NCBI GenBank assembly: GCA_009103225.1
Contig: RHPI01002823.1
Location: 567,104-631,103 of the forward strand
DNA length: 64,000 nt
From: Chlorokybus atmophyticus
Taxonomy: Eukaryota > Plantae > Mesostigma and Chlorokybus algae
Direction of reading: 5' to 3'
Of this stretch, positions 26,801-38,039 are shown piece after piece. The position numbers were made by a program, and so were the translations under genes. Each line of letters starts with the position of its first letter. The first letter of the stretch is position 1. The notes under the pieces are model-generated. The model made no database searches, was not told the origin of the DNA, and saw nothing but the letters and a program-made list of their open reading frames with translations.

Positions 26801-28428
26801 TACATGCTCATCTCATGTGGCATGTTTGCAATGCCCACATGGACACAAGAATAGCAAGCAAGTACAGCAACACACACTCATTGTCGTCTCACCGGACTGA
26901 AGGCAGCATTGCGGCTTCGTTGCTCGGCCCGCTTGATGCGGTCCATGAGATATGGAGAGGGGCCTTTGCGTATGGGAGACTGATCCTGTGTGACGTCTTC
27001 CACGACAGCCTGCTGAACCTCGCAGCTGGCGCCGAGAAAGCGCCTCACCGCGAAGTTGTCGAAGCAGCCATTGCCACCAGCGGAGTTGTTATTGACGTTA
27101 TGACTCGATGAGCAAGTTGTGTGGCAGCGCAGCAACACCAGCTGCTGGATGCACCGCAACCGCTTCTCCGTCTCACTGCCGGCATTGTTGCTGGTACTGG
27201 CCATGCCTGCAGAGGAAATGTCACACTGAACGCTGCATGCAACTCCTTGCCGATGGTCGCTAATGGATCTGGCCATTGAACTCGCAACTGTGGCTCTTAG
27301 CATTGCTTGTATTGAACGAATGCACTATCTCTTCAGGGCTAGATTCTGTCTCTGTCAAGGGTGATTTTCACGCGTAAGCCTCTCATCCAATACTAAGATA
27401 GTACATTCCACTACAGTAAACCCTGGTCAAATGCGTGTCATGGCAGGAACTGGCCAGCTGTGATGCCGTTATCAGGTTTGTAGCAAACATGTGTTCATTA
27501 CACTCTCAGATGCAATGAAGGCGTCAATTCCTATGCATGCGTGGCAATGAGTTGATAAGATGTGCAGTTGAAAGGTTATATACTTATTGTTGTTGCATGA
27601 CTGTACTGAACTAGTTACACTGCTTGACAACACTGCTGTCCTGCACATTGGACTTCTACTGTTAGTGAGTTTACTAATGCAACGAGCGGTAGCGAAGCAG
27701 GACGACTTTACCAACCAATACCTTACCTTGTGTAAACGAGCGCAAACCACGCTTTCGACTGCCAGCACACCGCGCAGCAACATGCTCGCCTTGTGTTAAT
27801 ATTGTCATGCTCAACAACACATGCCCGCAGTGGCTAACTCTTCTACTACGCATAAGCCGAGCAATCAATGCCCCTTTAATTGATTGCTCTCACCAGCACC
27901 AGCATTGGATATGTCTAGTGCAGCTTGTGTTGTGTGCAACGCCTCATGCTTGCGCGCTGCTTGCTTCCAGGCCGTCCTGCCGTTGCCAATGCACTTGTCA
28001 GCTGTGTGCATTGTTGTTCAACTCTGCCACCATAAAGTGTCAATCACTGTACTAGTTGGGCGCTGCTTCCATCATACATACCGTGTAATCTGGTGAGGGC
28101 GGAGGACGAGCAGGACCAAGCCACGCCTGACGGTGCAGCATGTGGAGTGCGACCAGGCCAGCCAGTGCGCCGTGCGGCCGGCCAGCATTCACAGGGTTCA
28201 CAACTCTCCAGACCCAACCCTAACTCAGCATGCAGCGACGGGTGGCAGGCGCCCCGTCCTCTGCCAGCACGCATGCTGATATTGATGGGACGGGCATGGT
28301 CGCCGCCGCCTCTAAGCCTAGCCAAGTCCGGCCTGGAATGGATTGCGCCGACAGTGGCTTTCAAAACATGCACCGACAAATCGCCAAGCATCGACATTAG
28401 GGTTTGAGGCGTCCTCAGTGCTGGCATT
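20802..28428 (-). CDS. RDR: Cellular RNA-dependent RNA polymerase, RDR-gamma (RDR3/4/5-like); many exons, 5' end uncertain
   Basis: Exons give LDFTTRFLLQ; GDDRVLHVKFD...GIPIAGRLYKFF|AYKDAEKHKDEKCVF; LMTDGCGVM; QVRLFSEGNLYKGVL; RDSMKKI; GHLNKQLIPVLSAAGIP; MYRAPGTHPGDVRK; FFSVK; LADMMSGGDYDGDTFWICW (DYDGD at 22631-22645); YYRLALDASK. The core from about 20800 to 26450 is secure; the exons from 26800 to 28430 are tentative. Confidence 0.9.
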
Positions 28429-28571
28429 GGCGTAAGGGGCGGCGGCGGAGAGGGAGGAGCAGGAGGAGGAGCAGGAGAGAGACACAGCATCAGGAGCAGG
28501 ATTGAAAAACCACTAACCGTCTATTTTGTGATCGAGTTTGGCTGGGCGTGAGCGCCGAGGCGCTGCCTTTC

Positions 28572-29934
28572 ATGGACAATCAGATCCTGAAGGCGATCAT
28601 CCCCAGCGTTGTTGAGGTCTTGAACAGCTTGATGCAGCTTCTGTTATTTGACGTTGAAGTTGTCATCAGGTTGCTCTCGCAGTGTCCTCTGACTGCTATG
28701 CATGGTGTCTCCAGTTGATAGGCATAGTTCAAGCCTTCAAGGTGGTGCGGAAATGCGTCACTATCAACTTCACAGATGAGTAAGCGCCAGCTGTAGCTTC
28801 GTATTCCTTTATTCATCTCTGAATTTGGCTTTGCAAGCTGTTTTCAACATCAGTGCTGAAGGTAGTTGCCTGCTTTGACAGCTGCAAGAGGTGCTTTGCG
28901 AATGGGAAAGTTGTCTGCGTTGCTTGCCGCGGATTGGGCTACCTGAGGACAGCCCCGAAAATGTGAGCAAAAATGTCGTCGTTGTTTGCTTGATAACTAC
29001 CGAGCAGTGCTGTGAGCCACGTTGATTTTTCCAATAAGCATGACAATGCAGCACTTATAAACTGACTGCTTGCTCAGTTAGTTGGAGTAGCTGTATGGAC
29101 ACCATGCGCTATGCTTTGTATCTCGGCATAGCAGCATGTTGTGTTGACACGATTGTTGATACGGTTGTTGGCAGTATGTCAGTAGCTTGTGTGACAGTTT
29201 TACAGTAAGCATCATTGTACCGCATGTACGCTTGCAGGATGAACTCCATGGGGCAGGAGATTGAAGACGACGAGAACATCCGCAGTTGCAACTTGTGCGA
29301 GTTGCAGGTGTGTTGCTTGTTTACGCAAGTAAATAGAATTAGGCGTATGAAGAAAGTAGAACAAAGAAGAATTTGCTGTTATATTGGCCCACCCACATCA
29401 CAGTCAGGAACGTATATCTGTCTTGTTTGCAGGGGACAGTTGACTGTCCACAATGTAAGGGCAAGTTGTACACTCCACAGCTGCTACCCAACTTGCACAA
29501 GGTACGTGCGCTGGTAGGGCAGCTTGTGCGTTTGAACACGCAGCCTGTTGTCTGATGTTGCATGTGATCTGCAGAGTTTTCAATGGCAGACACCCTGGCA
29601 AGAACAGCTGAAAAGAGTTCTATCAAGGAGATCACGAGTGCGCCAGGTGAGAAACTTGCGGATGTGTTCTTAGGCTCGTGTTGTGGGTATTTTTGTCATG
29701 ATTGTTATTATTGTTGTTGTTGCTCAGCAGATACGTATCAACATTCTACCTGTTGTACCTGTTGTACCTGTTCTACCTCTGATACTCAACACTAATACTG
29801 TTGTTGCACAGAACCGGGCGTACAGGGGAATTACGACTGGTGGCCCATCAGCGGTATCTGGTTTCAGCTTAGATGGTATCAGCGGAGGGTTCAAGGTGAC
29901 CGGCAATGCCAACTTGCTTCCACCCGAAGAGTGA
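28572..29934 (+). CDS. DnaJ-type zinc-finger (CxxCxxxG) protein without a J domain; hydrophobic N-terminus
   Basis: Spliced model: MDNQILKAIIPSVVE|LIGIVQAFKVVRKCVTINFTD|DCKRCFANGKVVCVACRGLGYLRTAPKM|MNSMGQEIEDDENIRSCNLCELQ|GTVDCPQCKGKLYTPQLLPNLHK. It has four CxxC pairs with consistent intron phases. The frame of the last two exons is uncertain. Confidence 0.72.
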
Positions 29935-30653
29935 CGGGTTGAGTCGTAGTAGCGCGCGCTAATTTTTTTGTATTGCAAATGCAAGAAAGCTGTAGTTTTG
30001 ATAAGCATGACAGTGACTATCAGACAGTGCTTGGGCATGCAGAATCGGTTGTGCATGCCTCGGTACATCATCCTTAGCCTACTCGGTGAAGCACCTAGAT
30101 GATCTGTTGTACTATGCAATGTACTACAAACGTGCTCGCATGATATAGCTAACTGACTGCATACCCATGCGCCCTACCGGCTACTAACCTTCGGCCGTGT
30201 ATCTCTATGCGGCGCAGTGGCTTTGTGTTGCCTCAGAGATTGGCGGAGGTGTTGGGCTAAGGGGCGCAAGGGTGAAGCACAACATCAGCACGCACAGCGA
30301 CACTACGCATGCATTGCACAGCGTATCCACACTCTACATTAATGCACTCACTAACCTTCCGTTGCCCTCTGCTGCTGCAGGTTGTCCACCTACCCCTACT
30401 ATCTCCCTGCCTGCACCCAATGCTGTATTTGCATGCACATGCATTCCTTAGTGTACAAAATATGCAAGTGATGTATGCAAGTAGTTGTGAATCGGTTAGG
30501 TGGTGAGCTTGGCAGCTACACCCCCAGCCAAATTTCGTAAGATCGCTTTCCTATTCTGCATAGCCTACTGCACAGTGCCTATCTATTTGATCCTTAATCA
30601 TACTTAATACCGTATGCAGTGTTGCATTCCAGTTCGGGTTTGCTGTGATTAAA

Positions 30654-33253
30654 TTATACTACAGAAGTGGTGCCAAAAGGGTTGACACCAAACATCTCAT
30701 AACCCCTAATCGCTGCAGAAAACAGGGCTCCCACAACCACCTGAAAGGCCATGCACACAGCTTAGAACTCACTCATCTAAGTGGTTTGGTCAGGGGAAGT
30801 CACAGGATGGCATGAGGCCTGCAAGTATGTACCTCATCTTTCTTGTATGTGTAGGCGTCCCAGATTGCCTTAGCAATGTCCTCCGGCTTTTGCGCCGTTG
30901 GCATGCTGAGCACCTGTCATATGACTTGTATTGGCACCAATGAAAAATGCAAGCCCGGCGCATGTGTGCGCATATGCTCGTGTGTAGGGGTGTGGGTGCA
31001 AGCGCAGCATTGAGTGTGGCAAGCAGCATCACATTCTTTACAAGGCCGGTTGGCGGCATGCAGGTTACCTGCTGCAACTGCTTCTTGGCCTCATCAACAT
31101 TCTCCCCTCGGAACTCTGCCCGCTCCAAGAAGTCGCTGGCTATCACCCCAGGATGTACCTTGTATGCATGCGGACAAGGTTTGTACTTGGTTGGGCAAGC
31201 GCAACGGCTACTGCTTACAGACACTTAGAAAATGTGCCCATCTCACCTGTGCCACATGCACCCCTTGCTTCCCATAGTCATACCTCAGGCACTCTGTCAG
31301 CCCCTGCACACAGAACTGACTTGAGTAAACTCTCATAAACACCAGAAGTGCTCAGCAACTGATAGTGTTTCAGTGTTCATGCTATGTTCGTGATAATGCA
31401 TCACCTTGCTTGATTGACAACACCTCACCTTGAGGGCGTATTTGCTGGCAGTGTATGCCGACATGCCTTTGATAGGGATGCGGGCAGCGAAGCTGTTGAC
31501 GTTGATGAGAGTGCCTTTCGACTTGAGCAGCGCGGGCAAGAACACCTTCGAGAGGTTCACTGCGCCCAACAGGTTTACGCCGAGCTGCACAGCACACAAG
31601 TAGTACAAAGTTTAGACACAACAGTAGAACAACACTACAATGTACACGCAGGCACTTGCAAGTGCCGGCTATGATAAATTACGTTTTGTGGCGCACATAA
31701 GACACGCTGGGCCCACTGTTACCACATGTGCATGCGCATGTGAGGCTCATGCGGACTTTGAACACGTAACCACACGCATGTAAATGCGCTTGAAAGCATG
31801 TATGCATGTGTGCCTGTATGTGTGTTCATCAAAGGTTCACGCACACGCGTACTTGTGAGCCACTCACGCACATGCGCACGTGCATACAAACATGACAATT
31901 ACCAGCTTGTCCCAATCCTCATCAGTCGTGTCCAGAAACGACCCATACACGCAGATTCCCGCGCAGTTGACCAGCACGTCAACATTTGCATACTTCTCAA
32001 ACACCTTCTTGGCTGCACACCAGCTTTCAACATCACAACTAGATACCAACACAAAGCAACATCCACACGAAAATAGACTAACTCACCAGCTTGCTTGACT
32101 GACTCCCTGTCGCTTATGTCTCCCGGCACAGCAAGCGCAGCGCTCTCCCGTTTTGCATTTGCGGTTATCTCGTCTGCCACTGCTTGTAATCTCTCAGGCT
32201 TGCGAGCAATCACCTTTGGGACAGTTGCTTAATCCATGCAGTTGCATGTGTGTATATTAATCCCCCTGCCCCATGCACACGCATGTGCCAACACCCCGCA
32301 TGCACACACATGCATGTGCATGCAGCTGCGTACAAAAAACAACCACGCCCACAAGCATCGCCTCTACAGAATTGAGCGCGCACGCGCACATGTACGCGCA
32401 CACTGAAGAGATAGTTTGTGCACGTGCACACGCGCGTGGGTGTGTTTGTCATGACAATGATCTGCAACGCCAAAGACTTGCGACACAAAGCACAATAGCA
32501 CATGCAGATGCTACGCAGAACTGCTGCTCCTCACCACAACGTTGAAGCCCTCTTTCGCAAACAACCGCGCCGCAGCCCTTCCCGAACCCTTCGCGCAAAC
32601 AGTGCTAAGTATCAGCATGCAGCACATCTCGCATAATGCAAGTCTGCACATCACAGGTCTTGCATGCTTGCACATGCACGCGGCGAGGAAGAACACTCGT
32701 ACTTGTCATGCTTGCCATCATGCTGGATACAACGCACAGCGAGATTGCATGCACACAGCTTTGTCGACACACAGAGCTTGACGGTTTGACCACCATTTAC
32801 ATGTGCATTGCACGAACAGTTCCACAAACGAAGAACCAAAACCCTAACACAGGCGAGTGCGTGAGCCCAACCTGAGAGCCTCCTGTAATGACGACAGTCT
32901 TGCCCCCAACCTTGCCCCCGCCGCTCCCTGCCGGCGCCGCCTTCTCCTGGTGCTGCTGCTGCTGGCTGCTAGCTGCTGCCGACACTGCAACTGCGGCCCT
33001 TCGCTGGCAGAGCAAACAAGCAAGCTGTCAACCATACCCACAAGGACAACCACAAGGACAAGAACAAGGTTACGACAAGGTTCATGAGAGGGTTGTTGAC
33101 AGGGTTCAGGGGGGAAGGAGGGCCGAGGAGAGGGGTTGTGCCTACCCTGGCGAGGCGGAGGCGGAGTGCTGCGGCGGAGGGTATCGCCGCTGCGGTGAGG
33201 AGCATCCTGAGGGCGGCGGCCAGGGCGCAGTAGAGGACGGTCACTAGCCACAT
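30654..33253 (-). CDS. Classical short-chain dehydrogenase/reductase (SDR), possibly organelle-targeted
   Basis: KTVVITGGSQ|GSGRAAARLFAKEG (TGxxxGxG), VPGDISD, VDVLVNCAG, VNLLG, LINVNS, YTASK (YxxxK), VHPGVIASDF. Last exon VVVGALFSAAIRGYEMFGVNPFGTTSVV* with TAA at 30654-30656. Confidence 0.9.
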
Positions 33254-33475
33254 GGAGCGATGACGCGCTTGAACCCTCACACAGATGGACAGTGCGTTCA
33301 GGCGGCGGTGTGTTGTGACTGAGGTGCTGCGGGGGAGAGCCACGTCACGTGATTGAACACGTAGACTGGGCTCGAATGCATGCATTGATCGACTGATGAA
33401 CTGCACTAATTGTACTGCTTGGAGAGAGAAAAGCGACACAGTCGGTGTGCCCGAGCAGCTTCCATGGGCACACGA

Positions 33476-34019
33476 ATAACTCAGCACAGTCTACATTATG
33501 GCGCCTGTGTCTACGTCGCAGAGTGACAAGTCTTGATGCGTCGATAATCCTCGTCCATCGACGCGGACACATGAAGACCATTTTTCCTAATGACTGCGTG
33601 TGTCGATGTCGACGTGTGGGTGCCTTGTTTCGCTCAAGTTTGGGTTTGCTCTGGTTTTCCGCCAGCATTTTCCCGCCGGCAAATCGCAGGCTATTCCGGT
33701 CATTTCCGCTACATACTTTGTAAGGACCATACGATTGGGCCTACACCGACCGCACTGCACCGGCACACCTTTAGAATATGACACAACGTGCCATCCTCAC
33801 CCAACATTCTGCCCAGATTGTTGTCACAAAACCCAAGCAGCGACGTCGACAAGCACGGACAATTTCCGCCATGCCTACGTCGCTGTGCGTCGCCGTCGAC
33901 GCACAGCGACGGCCTACGCGGGAAGGTATCGACATAAAGAGACAGTCGCTCTCAGTCGACATCGACATCGCTACAGTCCCATTGTCCAAGCACAACAAAA
34001 CGTAGACAAAATGAGTTAA
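33476..34019. mobile_element. Non-autonomous TTAA-type (piggyBac-like) MITE, element A
   Basis: Left end ATAA-CTCAGC...GTCTAC and right end GTAGAC-AAAATGAG-TTAA. Many subterminal GTCGAC/GTCGAT motifs; no coding capacity. Confidence 0.5.
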
Positions 34020-34041
34020 TAGGAACCCCTCGGCCGACAGA

Positions 34042-34579
34042 TTAACAGCCAGTATGCCCGATGGGTTGCCATTAACTCATTATGTCGCTGTTTTGACGCG
34101 TTTCGGCACTGCGATTCTGGCCGTGTCGACGCCGACTTTCGCAGAATCGACCGCGTGTGTCGATGACGAATAGCGTAGGCTGTCTTGGTTTGTCGATGGC
34201 GACGTTCATAGTCGCACTTTTTGTGCGCCGTGTATGTCGACGTCGATTGGTGAACCTAACGTTGAGCCGTTTGGGCGGGACCAGTTTTGGGCTGTATGCG
34301 AAATCCAAAGTGTCTGATCAATGTGTGATAGTCGTGCAGTGCAGGGGCAAACCCTAATCCCCATCTACTGTTACATCACACGTCGACGTCGACACACACA
34401 GCCATCTTACAAATCGACTGCGCTTGTCCACATCGACTCGCAACGGCATGTCAGCCACCGCCGACATCGACACACCCAGTCCAATTACCCTACGTCGCCA
34501 TCGACACACGCGCAAGACATAAGACATCGCTGAGTTAATGCTTGCCACAGCGCAACAGCTCGGGCATACTGGCTGTTAA
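34042..34579. mobile_element. TTAA-flanked element C with perfect 16-bp TIRs (CAGCCAGTATGCCCGA), containing element B (34072-34538, TTAA-CTCA...TGAG-TTAA)
   Basis: ttaa-cagccagtatgcccga (34042-34061) is the exact reverse complement of tcgggcatactggctg-ttaa (34560-34579). The internal element is bounded by TTAA at 34072-75 and 34535-38, with ends like element A in inverted orientation. Confidence 0.7.
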
Positions 34580-35176
34580 GCTTTCCGCAACCATGGACTG
34601 TAAAGTGAGAAGACTTGATTGGCCTATTGCATCAAACGTACACATACTGCTCTCTGTGCTTTTATGAGATATTTAGCGACGTAATGCATTTGCAATTTTG
34701 ACACAGAATATCGCATTCGACATTTGTAAACATTATCATGCGTGTTTCTAATGCGTGTTGAATATGATACTACAAATGTCAAGTGTTATTAAGCATCGTG
34801 GGGCCATCAGTGTCTGAAATTTTGTGCCTATTGCACTTCAACGTTGGCCATGGCAATAATAATAATACATACATGCAAGAACTTGTTGAAAATCCTGACA
34901 ACTGCAATGCGGTTGGTTCCGCCATCTTATACTTGGCTTGCATTTGCAAAATGCATACAAAGTGAGTTTCATGCAATACATCAACACAACATGTGTACGC
35001 CGTATAACAATAGCAATACAGGTCCATCTGCAATTGTGTACTTGAGTTTTTAAATGCATATAAAGTGAGTAGCATGCAACTATTAACACAACATATATAC
35101 GCCGATGGAACAACGCTATCATCATTAATTCATGTTTATCAACGTCCATTGTCATACTGTGCATAGAATGTTCGTG

Positions 35177-35178
<2 letters not shown>

Positions 35179-35259
<81 letters not shown>

Positions 35260-35295
35260 NNNNNNNNNNNNNNNNNNNNNNNNNNNNNNNNNNNN

Positions 35296-35342
<47 letters not shown>
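35179..35342. repeat. (GA)n microsatellite spanning an assembly gap (N run 35260-35295)
   Basis: Directly visible. Confidence 0.95.
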
Positions 35343-35343
<1 letters not shown>

Positions 35344-36100
35344 ATGTGTACATAAGTCGGGAAGGCCAATGTGCACAACCATGGCAATGCATGCATGAGT
35401 AATAGGGTTGGGCTTTAGCAATAGGTAGTAGAAAGAGGTAGTTCAGCCCGGTGGTCATAATTGGTGTAAGGTGCGTACGCGCGATGAACTGAAATAAGTG
35501 GCATGCACAATATGTGGAATGTATGCGAAGCACCTTGCACGCACGTATCGCCGCGTTGCATATCTTGTACACTCCCTACCTCCATTTCCCCTCCCGCTCT
35601 CTCCCCTTTTCCCTCATCCACCTCCCGTGTACTACGTTATTAATAGCTATCAAACGACCCACTATTTGAAAGTGTTGCAATGGCCTTCAATGGAGCAAAA
35701 ACTCACACCAGGCGCTGGCATGTTTACTACTACAGAGTATGGCCCAAGAGCGCTTGTCATTTACAGAATTCACAATCTCCTTTACTTTGCCCACCACCGT
35801 CAGTGTAACTACTCATAGTACCATACCCTTTATATTCACACGGTACAACTACGTTGCTGAACCAACACAACCTGCCTGATCGCACATATAGTACACAGGC
35901 ATTCCAATATGACAGATGCAGCAAACACTCTACACATGTAGGCTATGCATCAAACTTGGCTGCCAAATATTTCACAAGCTATCACAGCGCTCATGGATGG
36001 GAGCTTGCCTCCCATAACTATCGTACAAGCTAACAATGGTGCTGCTATAGATACACACAACAAAAGGACCTCAGGCATAGTGGCTGTGCAACCAGTCCTC

Positions 36101-37235
36101 CTATGCAAATGGCCTGAAGAATGCGTTGAGAGCTGATGTAAACAACTCGAACCTGCACGAAAACAAACAGAGTTGCCAACCGCCAGCTTATACCACTGCC
36201 GAATTAAGTGGTGATACCATTTTAGCCAGAAAATCGCACCTGAAGGGTTCTCCGAATTTGTACAGGGGGTTCTTGACAACAAACTCGGCATAAAGATTGC
36301 TGTAGACATGCTGCAGAGCGTCTCGCATGTCGCCAACTTGTGGCGTTGTCATCAACACAAACTGTCAACAAAGCATTGTCCGTTGAGGAATCAATACTTT
36401 TTTACTCATTGCGAGCATGCATGCAAACACACCCTACGCACCTTAAGACCAGAGGGAGTGTCCATGTAGTGCAGCTTGTACACATTGGTGGTGAAGCTGT
36501 GGAAGGAACACGTGCCCTTGCTGCCTCTGCAAGTCGTACGCAATACTTTGACAAAACCGTTTCACACACATTGAGCTGCTCGTAGGTGCAAGAGTGACGT
36601 CCAAGTGCATGGCTATGCACAGACTGTTTGAGCATGCAACAGAATGAGCCCTGCAACAATAGTCATAACAGAGCTCACACGCGTTGCTGCAGACACATAC
36701 AAACAACATGCCTATGCATCTAGCATTCAAACTGAACAACTATTGAACAGCATTGCGAGTGTTGTTGTGTTGAAAACCTGGCAGGCCAGCCAACGTTGAA
36801 GGAGGCATTGTCTCTCTGCTGATCACGCTTTTTGCTTGAATGAAGCATATACGTTCGCACATACACACCACTAGCATACATCTGCTTCCATGCAATAAAA
36901 TTCAAGCTGCTTGTACCATCCAACTATTGCTCTCAGTGCAGCATTCGAACTTGAGCTTACGTGACGGGGTCGATCTTAGCGACGAATGACGCGAGCGAGA
37001 ACAGCAGACCAAACAGTAGCTTGTGGTCGTCGTTGGAGGTCTGCTTGCCTCCCTTCTTGGGCGGCGCCGCCTCCTTCCTCTTGGCCGCAGCCGCCGCTGC
37101 TGAGGTGGTTCTGGGCTTCCGCCACACGTGGTAATACACGTTCGCGCCGTTGCGGGCCAGCACGTGCAGCGTGAATAGGCTGTTAGGCACAGCAAGGGCG
37201 TACCCGCTCGCCAATGTCACCACCGGGCCAACCAT
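36101..37235 (-). CDS. TRAPPC1: TRAPP complex subunit 1 (Bet5), 4 exons
   Basis: LHVLARNGANVYYHVWRK...DDHKLLFGLLFSLASFVAKIDP | CSFHSFTTNVYKLHYMDTPSGLK | FVLMTTPQVGDMRDALQHVYSNLYAEFVVKNPLY | FELFTSALNAFF. TAG at 36101-36103. Confidence 0.93.
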
Positions 37236-38039
37236 GCCCACCGCCTCCTCCTCCTCCTCCTCCTCCGCCACCTGCGCCTGGACGTTGCTGAATTACACCT
37301 TACCGTAACTCTAACTGGTGTCGTGACTCAGACACGTTTCGTATCTCATTACGTTACGGACTTCTGCGAGATACGCTGCTGGCCATGCGCAGATGAAGAC
37401 GAAAGTGACTCGGCGATCAGCGCAAAAGTGACTCACTTTTGCGTCATGTGTGCGTCACTGCACGCGCGGCGTCAGTGTGACGGTTGAGGAGGCGGCTGAG
37501 CACGAGGAGGAGCAGCAGGAGGGTGGCTAGTAGAAAAAGGCGGCGAGTTGCTGGGTCTGGCCGGAGTGTTGGGTGGACGCCTGGCACGAGTGGGGAGAAG
37601 GGCGTAAACGCTTCAATCTGCGGTAAGTCAACTCGAGCTGAGCTTGGCTATGCTCAACTGAGCTCATATGTGAGCATGGACAGGTCTTGAGTCTATACAA
37701 ATAAGCTTTTCTCAAATTAGCTATGACAAAGTCGGTTGCGTCCTTGCTTAAGGGTGCAATCGGGGCTCGAGCTCGAGCTAGTACCTGCACGCAAAGTTGC
37801 AGCACTGGCTTGCGTGGTGTCAAGCTGGAATTTCGCATTATTCTGCTTCGTGCCGGTTGTCAGCTTTTCATGCGTACGTATGCTTGCACGCGTGCGTCCA
37901 GGTACAGGTATGTGTGGGTGTTTGCTAGTGCGTGTGTTTGCGTTAACACATACAGTACGCATGCTCCCGAGTGTGCGTGTAACTGTTGTGTATTCGCGCT
38001 TTGTAAAACGTGTTTTGTATTGTAGGTAGCAGTGGCAGC

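Noticed and set aside
34838-35572. 244-aa ORF and the (SL)n/(RE)n ORFs
   Set aside because: Translations of the (GA)n microsatellite and N gap.
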